From positions 58,909-122,908 of the forward strand of contig CAWCCU010000002.1 of assembly GCA_963794195.1 (NCBI GenBank): a DNA stretch of 64,000 bases, read 5' to 3'. The stretch's first letter is position 1, and every line of letters starts with the position of its first letter. Origin of the DNA: an uncultured Acidobacteriaceae bacterium (GTDB taxonomy: Bacteria > Acidobacteriota > Terriglobia > Terriglobales > Acidobacteriaceae). The position numbers were made by a program, and so were the translations under genes. Positions 52,091 to 61,955 of this stretch are shown here, piece by piece. The notes beneath the pieces were generated by a model that was not told the DNA's origin, made no database searches, and saw nothing but the letters and a program-made list of their open reading frames with translations.

Positions 52091-53323
52091 GTGTCGATTC
52101 AGTTTCAGATCGAAGCTACCGATGGCCCCGCCCGCACCGGCCGTTTGCTCACGCCGCACGGCGAGATCGAAACGCCGGTGTTCATGCCTGTGGGTACTCT
52201 GGCCACGGTGAAAGGCGTCTCGCAAGATATCCTCGAAGATCTCGGCGTCCAGATTCTGCTCGGTAATACTTATCACCTTTATCTTCGTCCGGGGGTGGAC
52301 CAGATTCGCAAGCTTGGCGGGCTGCATCGGTTTATGGCCTGGCCGCGCGCGATTCTTACCGATTCCGGCGGCTTCCAGGTTTTTAGCCTGAACGAACTAC
52401 GCAAAGTCGGCGAAGACGGCGTGACGTTTCGCTCGCATCTGGACGGCTCCTCACATTTTTTCAGTCCGGAAAGTGCGATGGCAGCGCAAATCGGTCTGGG
52501 CGCGGACATCATCATGGCTTTCGATGAGTGCACCGAATTTCCCGCGGACGCCGAGCGCATGCGCAAATCGATGGAGCTGACTCTTCGTTGGGCCGAGCGA
52601 AGCAAGAAATATTTTGAGGAGCATAAGAATGAAGTTCCGTGGGACCGCTCTCAGCTTTCAGCTTTCAGCTCTCAGCCAAAAGACGAAGTTCCGAGTTTCG
52701 AGTTTCAAGTTTCGAGCGGCACGGATACTCGAAACTTGAAACCTGAAACTGGAAACTTTACTCAGTCTCTCTTCGGCATCGTGCAAGGCGGCATGGACCT
52801 GGCGCTTCGCAAAGAATCCGCCGAACGAACCATCGAAATTGATTTTCCCGGTTATGCGATTGGCGGGCTTAGCGTTGGCGAGCCGCGGCATCTTACGCGA
52901 GAAGTGGTGCAGTCGACGATCCAATACTTGCCGGCCGACAAGCCTCGTTATCTCATGGGCGTGGGCACGCCGGAAGAAATTGTTGAGTATGCCAATTTGG
53001 GAATTGACATGATGGATTGTGTTTTACCTACACGAGCCGCGCGGCATGGACTGTTGTTTACATCCGAGGGAAAGATTTCGATAAAGCAGGCCCGTTATGC
53101 TGGAGACGAGGGCGCTTTAGACCCAAATTGCAGCTGCCGCGTGTGTCGACGATATTCGCGGGCCTATTTGCGTCACCTTTACGCGTCGAACGAAGTTCTT
53201 GCCCAGGTCCTAAACACCGTCCACAACCTTAGTTTCTACCTTGACACTATGCGAGCGGTGCGTCATTCTATTGCACTTGGGAAAGGTACCCGGTTTTTGT
53301 CTGGTGTGCGGTCTCAGCGATAG
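52091..53323 (+). CDS. tgt: queuine tRNA-ribosyltransferase with an internal repeat-derived insertion
   Basis: GTG start. It has MSIQFQIEATDGPARTGRL, TDSGGFQV, LFGIVQGG, GYAIGGLSVGE and the Zn site CxCxxC (CSCRVCRRYSRAYLRHL). 410 aa, which is about 35-40 aa longer than typical because of the segment at 52648-52756. Confidence 0.93.
   Translation: MSIQFQIEATDGPARTGRLLTPHGEIETPVFMPVGTLATVKGVSQDILEDLGVQILLGNTYHLYLRPGVDQIRKLGGLHRFMAWPRAILTDSGGFQVFSLNELRKVGEDGVTFRSHLDGSSHFFSPESAMAAQIGLGADIIMAFDECTEFPADAERMRKSMELTLRWAERSKKYFEEHKNEVPWDRSQLSAFSSQPKDEVPSFEFQVSSGTDTRNLKPETGNFTQSLFGIVQGGMDLALRKESAERTIEIDFPGYAIGGLSVGEPRHLTREVVQSTIQYLPADKPRYLMGVGTPEEIVEYANLGIDMMDCVLPTRAARHGLLFTSEGKISIKQARYAGDEGALDPNCSCRVCRRYSRAYLRHLYASNEVLAQVLNTVHNLSFYLDTMRAVRHSIALGKGTRFLSGVRSQR
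52648..52756. repeat. word-repeat elements embedded in-frame in tgt
   Basis: CTCTCAGCTTTCAGCTTTCAGCTCTCAGCC (52648-52677) uses the same words as the accD tail. A hairpin follows: the inner 15 bp GTTTCAAGTTTCGAG (52702-52716) pair perfectly with CTCGAAACTTGAAAC (52728-52742). The arms extend imperfectly to 52691 and 52756. Confidence 0.8.
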
Positions 53324-53485
53324 TCATTGATGCGACCCCCCGTACGTGCCTGAAGTAAGGTTTCCGGCCTGATCACGCAAGAACCCATGCGTTGATGGAT
53401 AAGGCCTGAAGCGCCCGGCCGGCGCAGCTCCGGAATTAATTTAGCGGAAAAAATAGGTCTCCAGTTTTCATGAACGTGCAAATGT

Positions 53486-53794
53486 TTGCAGCACAACTTG
53501 GTGGCGGCGGTTCTATGGGTTGGCTGGGGTATTGCCCCACTGATCCTTATCTTCGCTATTTTTTATTTTCTTCTGATCATGCCGCAGCAGCGAAAACAGA
53601 AGAAATGGCAACAAATGCTAAGTGACCTCAAAAACGGGGACAAAGTCATCACCAGCGGCGGGCTGCGAGGGACGATCATTTCGTTAAAAGATGATTACCT
53701 TCAACTTCGAGTGCCTCCCGACAATCTGCGTCTCGAGGTTAGCCGAGCCTCAGTGGTTTCGGTGGACAGCGGAGAACCCGCCGCAGCCAAGTGA
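53486..53794 (+). CDS. yajC: preprotein translocase subunit YajC
   Basis: It has IAPLILIFAIFYFLLIMPQQRKQKK...LKNGDKVITSGGLRGTI. The start is uncertain: TTG 53486 or GTG 53501. Alternatively ATG 53482 (MFAAQLGGGGSMGWLG) applies if one G of GGGG 53526-53529 is spurious. Confidence 0.88.
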   Translation: MQHNLVAAVLWVGWGIAPLILIFAIFYFLLIMPQQRKQKKWQQMLSDLKNGDKVITSGGLRGTIISLKDDYLQLRVPPDNLRLEVSRASVVSVDSGEPAAAK

Positions 53795-53832
53795 AAAGCT
53801 CATTAAATGTCAGGAATTCATAATTTAAGGTC

Positions 53833-55465
53833 ATGAACAAGAATTTAGGCTGGAAACTCGTAGTCATTGTCGCCATTCTCCTGGTATTCCTGTTTGGCAT
53901 TATTGGAGTACCGGATAGCTGGTCGGGCCACGGTCTTCTGGCCGCCATGCAGAGCCGCATACATTTAGGGTTGGATCTCAAGGGTGGCACTCACCTGATT
54001 CTCCAGGTGCAGGTGAACGATGCGGTCAATTCTGATTCCGACCGCGCTGTCGACCTACTGAAAGAGCAGCTTCGGGCTCTAAAAGTTAACTATACCGACG
54101 TCAGCAAACCCGATCCGGTGAACGCTCCCGACAAGATCGTAGTCAAGGGCGTGCCGTCGGAGTCAATTTCGGATTTCCGCACGCTCATTACTGAGCGTTT
54201 GCCCGCATACGACGCTACGTCAGGACCGGACAATTCGTTCACTCTCGCCATGAAGCCCACGGCGCTGGTTGATCTTAAGACGCGGGCAGTTCAACAGGCC
54301 ATTGAGACCATCCGCAACCGCATTGACACGCTAGGCGTGAGCGAACCCACTATTGAAGAGCACGGGCTGGGAAGTTATCAGATTTTGGTGCAGCTGCCGG
54401 GAGTGAATGACCCAGCGCGGGTTAAGGAAATTATGCAGTCCACCGCCATGCTGGAAATCAAGCAGGTGAAAAGCGGGCCATTTATCAGTGAGCAGGCCGC
54501 TTTGCAGGAAACCAACGGCCTTCTGCCACCGGATTCCGTGTTATTGAAGGGACGCGCCGAAGGAAGCAAAGACTCCGATGAAGCCGGAGACCAGTATTGG
54601 ATTCTGGCCCGCAGTTCGGCAGTCGCGGGCGCCGATTTGCGCTCCGGCGGGGCAACCGTCGAGCATGACGGCACCACCAATGCTCCGGAAGTGGGTTTCG
54701 CGCTGACCAACGAGGGCGGGCGCAAGTTTGCGGCTTTCACCGGCGCCCATGTAGGAGAGCGGCTGGCGGTGGTGCTCGACCACCGGGTGCGGGAAGTGGC
54801 GAATCATTCACGAGCAAATTCATGACACCGGTCGCATCAGCGGCGGCGGCATGAGCGAGCAGTATGCCAAAGATCTCGACCCTGATCCTGAATTCCGGTG
54901 CTTTGCCCGCCGGCATCAAGTACTTGCAGGAACTTACGGTCGGGCCATCGCTGGGAACCGATTCGATTCGCGCCGGGGTGGAGCTGCCGTAGTCGGCATG
55001 GTCGCAGTGCTGATCTTCATGCTGGTTTACTATCGTGGCGCCGGCATTAATGCGGACATCGCGCTAATCCTCAACCTGATCATTCTGCTGGGCTTTATGG
55101 GTTATTTCGGAGCGGTGCTTACACTGCCTGGAATCGCGGGAGTGATTTTGACGGTTGGCATGGGCGTGGATTCGAACGTTCTGATCTTTGAGCGAATTCG
55201 CGAAGAACTGCGTAACGGCAAGACGCCGCCATCGGCGGTAGACCAGGGATTCGGCCACGCCTGGATAACCATTGTCGATACCCACGTCACAACACTGGTT
55301 TCGGCGGCAATCTTGTTCATGGCAGGTAGCGGACCGGTCAAAGGATTTGCGGTGACGCTCACTATCGGTCTTCTGGCAAACCTGTTCACTGCGGTGTTCG
55401 TATCGCGAGTGATCTTTGACTGGTTATTGAGCCGCAAGCAAAGAGGCGAAGCGTTAAGCATTTAG
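53833..55465 (+). pseudogene. secD: protein translocase subunit SecD; three frame breaks (probable indels)
   Basis: 53833-54825 plus 54851-55465, with a middle piece readable only in the third frame (LILNSGALPAGIKYLQELTVGPSLGTDSIRAGV, about 54882-54980). The breaks are at about 54805, at CCC 54880-54882 and at about 54978-54983. The C-terminal part reads LIFMLVYYRGAGINA...GMGVDSNVLIFERIREE. Confidence 0.9.
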
Positions 55466-55524
55466 TAAGTTTTGAGGACGAGAGATTTAAGAGTAAGTAA
55501 ACATATCGAGGGGTTTTAAGCAGC

Positions 55525-56716
55525 GTGGAATTTTTTCGCAATCCGAACATAGATTTTCTTGGCAAAAAGTGGTACTTTCTTGCCTTTTCCCTGGTCTTCA
55601 GTGTGGCCGGTATATTCTCCATGCTGTTCTGGCATGGAATTCCGCTAGGCATTGAGTTCCGGGGCGGCACCCTGGTCGAAGTAAAGTTCGCGCACGCTCC
55701 CGACGACAACACAATTCGTGCGGCCATGGATCGCGCCGGCCTGCACAATGCGAAAATTCAGCGCCTGGGCGTGCGTTGGCGGCGACGAAGTATTGATCAA
55801 TCTTTCCGCCCAGGAAACCAGCGAGGCGGCTCTGGACGAAGGCAAGATCAAGATCATCAATGCCCTCGAGACGAATGTGCCCGCGGGCAAGGCGGACTTG
55901 AACAACACCAGTCCTTTGACCCTGGCCGGTTATCTGCTGGAAAAAGACCCTTTGCATGCCGGAACCGACGCCAATCAGCGTTATACAGCCCAGGCCCAGG
56001 CCATCGTCGATTATCGTGACAAGGTCAAAAGTGGCGTCCTGAGCTTCGATGGATGAATTGAAAGGGTGCGGCCGATCCCGCAGTGCTGGCGTCCTTGCCG
56101 GACGGGCTTTTATCTCTCGAATTTTGGCGTGCGAAACGTGAGCATCGTGGGGCCGCAGGTGGGGGCACAGTTGAAAAACCAGGCCTGGATTGCCATTGGC
56201 TTTTCCCTCTTGGGGATGCTGATTTATCTGGGTTTCCGTTTCGAATGGATTTATGGTGTGGCTGCGGTGGTTACTGTTTTTCACGACACGCTGATCACGG
56301 TAGGCGCTTTTTCGCTGACCAACAAGGAAATCTCCTTGACGGTCATCGCCGCCATATTAACCCTAATCGGATATTCGAATAACGACACTATCGTGGTTTT
56401 TGACCGAATTCGCGAAAATATCAAGCTGATGCGGCGGGAAAAGCTTGCCGATATCGTCAATCGCAGCATCAATCAGACCCTGAGCCGAACTATCTTGACA
56501 GCGGGTCTAACTTTCATTACGGTGCTGGCCTTGTATCTTTTTGGCGGAGAGGTGTTAAATGGCTTCTCCTTCGCTCTCGTAATCGGCATCTTAATCGGGA
56601 CGTATTCGTCGATCGCGATTGCGGCGCCGATTTTGGTGGCCTATCAGGATTGGCGGATCGAACGGGCGAGGCCGACAGGAATGGCTCCGGCCAAGGCTGT
56701 TGCCAGCAGGAAGTAG
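55525..56716 (+). pseudogene. secF: protein translocase subunit SecF; at least three frame breaks (probable indels)
   Basis: 55525 to about 55770 reads MEFFRNPNIDFLGKKWYFLAFSLVF...NAKIQR. About 55775-56050 reads VGGDEVLINLSAQE...KSGVLSFD. About 56050-56110 needs further shifts (ELKG / AADPAVLASLPDG). About 56110-56716 reads FYLSNFGVRNVSIVGPQVG...GYSNNDTIVVFDRIREN. Confidence 0.88.
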
Positions 56717-56720
56717 AAAC

Positions 56721-56787
56721 GAGCTTCTGGCTGCCAGCTTCTAGCAAACAAAGGCCGGTTTGGCTGGTGCTAGCTGCTAGCAAGCTG
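56721..56787. repeat. word-repeat element (AGCTTCT/GCTAGC words) after secF
   Basis: GAGCTTCTGGCTGCCAGCTTCTAGCAAACAAAGGCCGGTTTGGCTGGTGCTAGCTGCTAGCAAGCTG. Confidence 0.6.
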
Positions 56788-56853
56788 ATTGTGGGAGCAA
56801 AGTAGTGGCAGGCGGTGTCTAAGGGTACGTAGGGTCAGTGTAGGAGAAACCTT

Positions 56854-57579
56854 ATGTTTGAAGACAGCCTAATTGAATCGGGTAACAAGCTGAAAACCAA
56901 GCGGGGCTTGACGACCTCGTTTACGTTCATCATGGAGATCATTCTGGTCGGAGTCATGGTATTGATTCCATTGCTCTTTACGGAAGCTCTTCCCAAGGCA
57001 CAATTGCTGACAGGTTTGGTTGCGCCGCCACCGCCACCGCCTCCGCCGCCACCTCCGGCAGCCGTGGTCAAGGTCGTGAAGATCCAGACGAACATGATCA
57101 ACGACCAATTGCGTACCCCCACCAAGATTCCCAAGAAGGTTGAAATCATCAAGGAAGAAGAGGCCCCGCCACAGATGGCGAGGAGTCGTGGGCGGAGTCC
57201 CGGGTGGTATTCCCGGCGGCACCATGAACGGCGTCATGGGCGGGATCGTAAACAGTACGGCGCCAGTGCCCAAGGTCGCGACACCTTCACGCGTGTCGCG
57301 TATCGCAGGGCGTGACCCAGGGTCTTTTGTTGCGCAAAATTAATCCAAACTATCCGCCTTTGGCGAAGCAGGCCCGCATTGCCGGGGCAGTCGTCTTGCA
57401 GGCGGAAATTAGCAAAGATGGATCGATCCAAAATTTACATGTGCATCAGCGGGCATCCCATGCTGGTACCTTCTGCCATCGAAGCTGTGAAGCAGTGGAA
57501 GTACAAGCCATACATTTTGAATGGCGAGCCGGTGGAAGTGGAAACAACGATTACGGTGAACTTTACCTTGGCTGGCTAA
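56854..57579 (+). pseudogene. tonB: energy transducer TonB; three frame breaks (probable 1-nt insertions)
   Basis: The pieces are an N-terminal TM (IMEIILVGVMVLIPLLF), a Pro run (APPPPPPPPPPPAAVV), a Gly-rich linker in the second frame (GVVGGVPGGIPGGTMNGVMGG) and a TonB C-terminal domain split over two frames. That domain reads VSQGVTQGLLLRKINPNYPPLAKQARIAGAVVLQAEISKDGSIQNLHV / ISGHPMLVPSAIEAVKQWKYKPYILNGEPVEVETTITVNFTL. The breaks are at about 57178-57183, 57293-57296 and 57444. Confidence 0.88.
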
Positions 57580-57652
57580 GTTCGTTTGCAGGTTCAGCCG
57601 GTATTTGAAGTCAGAAATTATTTACACCAATTCGAAGAGGGAGAAGCAACTC

Positions 57653-58407
57653 ATGCTCGTAGCCAATTTGGCCACGCAAGCTCTAATCATGTACCAGTAG
57701 TCGCCGCCTGGATGTTCCAGGAAGAAACCGTACAATGGGATCCGCTCGCTCTGTGGCACCACATGGGATGGGTGGCGCGCGGCGTCGTCATCATTCTGTT
57801 CATTATGTCCGGCTGGTCGATCGGAGTCATGATCGATCGTTGGATGGCTTTTAACGCAGCTCGCAAACAGTCACGCGCGTTCGCTCCCGCAGTTGCCGGC
57901 GCATTGCGCGATGGCAAGATCGACGAAGCCATCAAGGTGGCGGAACGTAACAAGAAGAGCCATCTGGCCAAGGTAGTCACTGCCGGCCTCATGGAATTCC
58001 GCGCCCACCAGGAAAGCGGAGAAATCCCTGGCGAAACCATCGAAGCTTCCAAGCGCGCACTCGAGCGCACCGAAGCCATCGTCCACGCCGAACTGAAGCG
58101 CGGACTGGGTGGATTGGCCACCATCGGATCGACGGCGCCGTTCGTCGGCCTGTTCGGAACGGTCATGGGTATTTTGAACGCCTTCCAGGAAATGTCGAAG
58201 AGCAAGACAACAGGACTGGGAGCAGTTGCCGGTGGTATTTCTGAAGCGCTGGTGACCACCGCCATCGGACTCGTAGTCGCGATTCCGGCCGTCATGATGT
58301 TCAACTACCTGACTGGTCGCGTGGAAGCGTTCGACGTCGAAATGGACAATTCCTCGAGCGAACTGATCGACTACTTCCTGAAGCGTCGCGGAGCAGTGCG
58401 CCGCTAG
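57653..58407 (+). CDS. exbB: MotA/TolQ/ExbB proton channel protein (N-terminus possibly frame-broken)
   Basis: The core reads WSIGVMIDRW...ATIGSTAPFVGLFGTVMGILNAF...GGISEALVTTAIGLVVAIP. ATG 57653 has GAGGGAG 9 nt upstream but is in a different frame (MLVANLATQALIMYQ, then a stop), which would need one indel near 57690-57700. If there is no indel, the start is ATG 57712. Confidence 0.85.
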
Positions 58408-58505
58408 GTTGCAGAGTTGCTGGTTCGGCGCTGGACAGGAGTCCGGCGCCGAGACCCTCGCCGTCAGCATCGACGCGAGAGTCTGAAGCACGGGAGACAA
58501 TACTT

Positions 58506-58967
58506 ATGGCATTAGCGATACGTAACGAAGGCGCCAAGGTCAGCTCCGACATCAACGTCACCCCCATGGTGGATGTGATGCTGGTTCTGTTGGTCATTTT
58601 CATGGTCATCACGCCCATGTTGCAGCACGGCGTGAACGTGAATATGGCGCAGGTAAACAATCCTGAAGCGATGCCGGATGCAGACAAGGAAGACGCGCTG
58701 CTGGTGGTCGTGATGCAGGACGGAAAAATTTACTTCGGCTCCGACCAGGTCCAGCTGGACGCTCTTACCGAGAAGGTCAAAGACCGTCTCGCCAATCGAA
58801 CCGACAAGCGGGTATACCTCAGGGCCGACAAACGAGCCAAGTTCAAGTATGTCGTGGATGTGGTCGACGATGTCCGCTCTGCCGGCGTGGATCAATTGGG
58901 TTTGTTGACCGAGCAAAGAAAGACGTCAACCAATCAGGTGCCTCCGCCGCCAACTGGCGGGCAATAG
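58506..58967 (+). CDS. exbD: biopolymer transporter ExbD/TolR (copy 1)
   Basis: SDINVTPMVDVMLVLLVIFMV..., 153 aa. Confidence 0.9.
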   Translation: MALAIRNEGAKVSSDINVTPMVDVMLVLLVIFMVITPMLQHGVNVNMAQVNNPEAMPDADKEDALLVVVMQDGKIYFGSDQVQLDALTEKVKDRLANRTDKRVYLRADKRAKFKYVVDVVDDVRSAGVDQLGLLTEQRKTSTNQVPPPPTGGQ

Positions 58968-58998
58968 CGTAGCTGGAAAGGAATCAGAGGAGATCGAT

Positions 58999-59442
58999 AT
59001 GGGAATGGGCGTTTCGGGCGGCGGTGGAGGGCAAACCGCCAACATCAATGTGACCCCGCTGATTGACGTGCTGCTGGTGCTGCTGATTATTTTCATGGCC
59101 ATCACGCCTCTGACTCCGAAAGGGTTGGATGCTCTGGTACCCCAGCCGCCACCACCCAACCAAAAACAGGACAATACTCCGGACCGAACCATCGTGGTGC
59201 AGCTGATCGATCGCGGCAGCGACAAAGATCCGGGATTGAAGGTCAACCAGGACGACGAAACCTGGGACCATCTGCAAACCAAACTGACGGACATTTTCAA
59301 GATGCGCGCGGAGAAGGTAATGTTTGTCAAAGGCGACGACAACGTTCCCTTTGACGCCGTCGCGAACGTGATTGATATCGCTCACGCCTCCGGCGTCGAC
59401 AAAGTAGGTTTAATCACCGCGAAGATCGAAGCAGGCCAATAA
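58999..59442 (+). CDS. exbD: biopolymer transporter ExbD/TolR (copy 2)
   Basis: ANINVTPLIDVLLVLLIIFM..., 147 aa. Confidence 0.9.
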   Translation: MGMGVSGGGGGQTANINVTPLIDVLLVLLIIFMAITPLTPKGLDALVPQPPPPNQKQDNTPDRTIVVQLIDRGSDKDPGLKVNQDDETWDHLQTKLTDIFKMRAEKVMFVKGDDNVPFDAVANVIDIAHASGVDKVGLITAKIEAGQ

Positions 59443-59550
59443 ATCCTGCTGTTGTCCCGGCCGGCCAGATTGACTTATGAGCACGGCCGGGCAGCAGCCT
59501 GCATATCTGTATGCTAGTTGTGATCTGATGGCAGGGAGACCTATAACGCA

Positions 59551-60378
59551 ATGAAACTAAGCGTAAAAATTTCTGCATTCATGGCCTTGGGCCTGGTGCT
59601 GTTGTCCACAACCGGTTGCGATAAGTTGAAAGCGCGCGATCAGTTAAACAAGGGCGTGGCCGCCTACCGGAATGGCAAGTATGAAGAGGCCATTGACCAC
59701 TTTCAACAGTCCTCGAGCCTTGACCCCAAGCTGCTGAATGCGCAACTCTATTTGGCAACTGCCCTGGCGAACCTCTATACCCCCAACGTCGACTCCGCTG
59801 ATAACAATCGCGTGGGCCAACAGGCGATTGATGAGTTTAAGAAGGTGTTGGACGAGAACCCGAAGCGGGACCAGAAGCTGACCTGCTTCAAAGGCATTGC
59901 GTCCCTCTATTTCAACATGAAGAAATGGGAGGAGACCAAGCAATATCACCACATGGTCGCGGAACTGGACCCGAACGATCCCGAAGCCTATTACTCGATC
60001 GGCGTCGTTGATTGGACCGAAGCCTACCAGACCGTGGCGGAAGCCAAGTCCAAAGAAGGCATCAAGGTGGACGACGACATCACCAAGGACAAAAAACTCT
60101 GCCCTGACCTCAAGACGAAAGCTGACGCCATTGTGGCGGACGGAATCGACAATCTGAATAAGGCCTTGCAGCTCAGGACCGACTATGACGATGCCATGGC
60201 CTACATGAACCTGCTTTATCGCCGGAAGGGTGATTTGCAGTGCGGCGATGAAAGCGCGCGGCAGGCCGACCTCAAGACCGCGGATGACTGGGTCAACAAG
60301 ACGCTGGCCGTCAAGAGAACGAAAGCCGAAAAGGCCCCCGCAGCCCAGGGAATCACCATGGATCAACCGAGTCAGTAA
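59551..60378 (+). CDS. TPR-repeat lipoprotein
   Basis: Lipobox LLSTTGC. TPR-like helices (AAYRNGKYEEAIDHFQQSSSLDP, WEETKQYHHMVAELDPNDPEAYYSIG). It is the last gene of the tonB-exbBDD cluster. Confidence 0.7.
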   Translation: MKLSVKISAFMALGLVLLSTTGCDKLKARDQLNKGVAAYRNGKYEEAIDHFQQSSSLDPKLLNAQLYLATALANLYTPNVDSADNNRVGQQAIDEFKKVLDENPKRDQKLTCFKGIASLYFNMKKWEETKQYHHMVAELDPNDPEAYYSIGVVDWTEAYQTVAEAKSKEGIKVDDDITKDKKLCPDLKTKADAIVADGIDNLNKALQLRTDYDDAMAYMNLLYRRKGDLQCGDESARQADLKTADDWVNKTLAVKRTKAEKAPAAQGITMDQPSQ

Positions 60379-60403
60379 GACGTTCGGATTTAGGAATCAG
60401 AAG

Positions 60404-60438
60404 CCCCTTCCAGCATATTCGGAAGGGGTTTTTATTTT
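60404..60438 (+). terminator. intrinsic terminator after the TPR gene
   Basis: CCCCTTCC-AGCATATTC-GGAAGGGG followed by TTTTTATTTT. Confidence 0.7.
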
Positions 60439-61955
60439 GCCCCTTCGCCGTATAGAAACACATCTACACCAGTGAAGTCGTGCTGTTCCGGGTTGGGATG
60501 GTCAGCCGCAATCAAGTTTGTGAGCGCCTTCGCAGTCTCGTCCGGTCCGGACGGACCTTTCGCATAAGACAAAACCAGCCATACCCGCCGATATCGAGGA
60601 ATAAGCTGGGCCAGTTGGCTGTAGGACGGCTTCTCTACGAAATCAAGAAATACAACTTGGGGACCATGACTGGGATAAAGCACTACCGGCCCCGTGGCAG
60701 CCTCCCCTTGCAGCGAATGGTAGTACTCATAAGGCATGCGCCCCATGGGAATGTGGAACAGCAGGGCGTCCCCAGGTTGATAGTTCGCCAGGATGTACTG
60801 CGAGGCGCCTCGCCAGTTGTCCCGCTGCGCATTCTCAAAATCATGCCGATAGTAAGACTCCGTGCCCTGGACCGACAGGGCCGCAAGAACCAGGGCTGCG
60901 AGTGCCAGAAGCCACGGAGAGCGAATACGGGACAATCCTGCAGCCGCCAGCAGCAACAGCGCGGGAAGGCACAGAATGAAATATCGTTGCAGGAAAAGTG
61001 GCCGCGCGAAAGATAACGCGAACACAAACAGAATGGGAAACAACAGCCACAGCAGAAGAAAGCGATAACGCCAGCTTTCCCAATCGGCCCGTAGCCTTAT
61101 CGGCCCTGATGGGGCTGGAACGATCGCACCGATAACGGCAATCGCGTACGCCACCAACAAGAGTGTTCCGTCGTTCCCAGTGAGCCGAAGCCCCAACTCC
61201 CACAGGTCTTTGAACCCTGGCCTTGGGATCCAACGTAGAGGCCCGGCCCCTGTGGTTGCGACGAAAACGACGACCGGGGATACCAGCAGAGCGATCCAGC
61301 ACCAGTTTTTTTTCATTTCCCGTGGAATCGATTCCCGGTCGAGGAATAGCAGGGAAAGTCCTTGCGCGACGATCAGCAGCCCGGAATAAAAATGTGCGTA
61401 CACAGCCGCGGCACTGAAGAGAATGTAGGCAATGCGGTTTCGCCGCGAGGGCAGTTCCAGGCACCTTAGAAAAACCAGGCTTGATGCTGTGCAAAGCAAT
61501 ACCATCAGGGAATATCCACGAGCCTCCTGCGAATAGCGCACGTGGTTGGCATTGACTGCCAACAGCGAAGCCGCAATCACCCCGGCTCTTGGACCAAAAA
61601 GCCTGCGGCCCAAAAGATAAATAACGGGGATAGTCGCCAGTCCCAGCAGCACCGAAAGGGTGCGAACGAAAGCCTCGCTCTGTCCAAAGTGCAGCCAGAT
61701 GCGCAACAGCAAGTAGTAGAGTGACATGTTGGCTTCACGCCGCCATAAAATGCGGCCGAAGTTGTACCAATCGAGGCGGGCGATGCCGACGCTTACTCCT
61801 TCGTCAAACCAGAAGGTCCGAGCCGCCAGCGCATGAAAGCGAAAAAAGGCGGCAAGAATGGTTATGAGTGTAAGAATTCCAAGCGCCGGGGCACGGGCCA
61901 GTTGGACGGCGGACGGCTTATCGCTACTCCCCGGTGCGGCGTTGGTAACGTTCAC
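60432..61955 (-). CDS. glycosyltransferase family 39-like (PMT/ArnT-type) membrane protein
   Basis: 507 aa and polytopic. The N-terminal FFRFHALAARTFWFDEGVSVGIA...YSQEARGYSLMVLL resembles GT39/PMT_2 proteins. It has a soluble C-terminal domain. Confidence 0.65.
   Translation of the reverse strand: MNVTNAAPGSSDKPSAVQLARAPALGILTLITILAAFFRFHALAARTFWFDEGVSVGIARLDWYNFGRILWRREANMSLYYLLLRIWLHFGQSEAFVRTLSVLLGLATIPVIYLLGRRLFGPRAGVIAASLLAVNANHVRYSQEARGYSLMVLLCTASSLVFLRCLELPSRRNRIAYILFSAAAVYAHFYSGLLIVAQGLSLLFLDRESIPREMKKNWCWIALLVSPVVVFVATTGAGPLRWIPRPGFKDLWELGLRLTGNDGTLLLVAYAIAVIGAIVPAPSGPIRLRADWESWRYRFLLLWLLFPILFVFALSFARPLFLQRYFILCLPALLLLAAAGLSRIRSPWLLALAALVLAALSVQGTESYYRHDFENAQRDNWRGASQYILANYQPGDALLFHIPMGRMPYEYYHSLQGEAATGPVVLYPSHGPQVVFLDFVEKPSYSQLAQLIPRYRRVWLVLSYAKGPSGPDETAKALTNLIAADHPNPEQHDFTGVDVFLYGEGAK

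Noticed and set aside
57019-57055. CCGCCA/CCGCCT tandem repeat
   Set aside because: It encodes the proline-rich spacer (PPPPPPPPPPP) characteristic of TonB. It is not an independent repeat element.
59644-60366. 240-aa minus-strand ORF antisense to the TPR lipoprotein gene
   Set aside because: It is a shadow ORF. The plus strand has a lipobox, TPR helices and a downstream intrinsic terminator.
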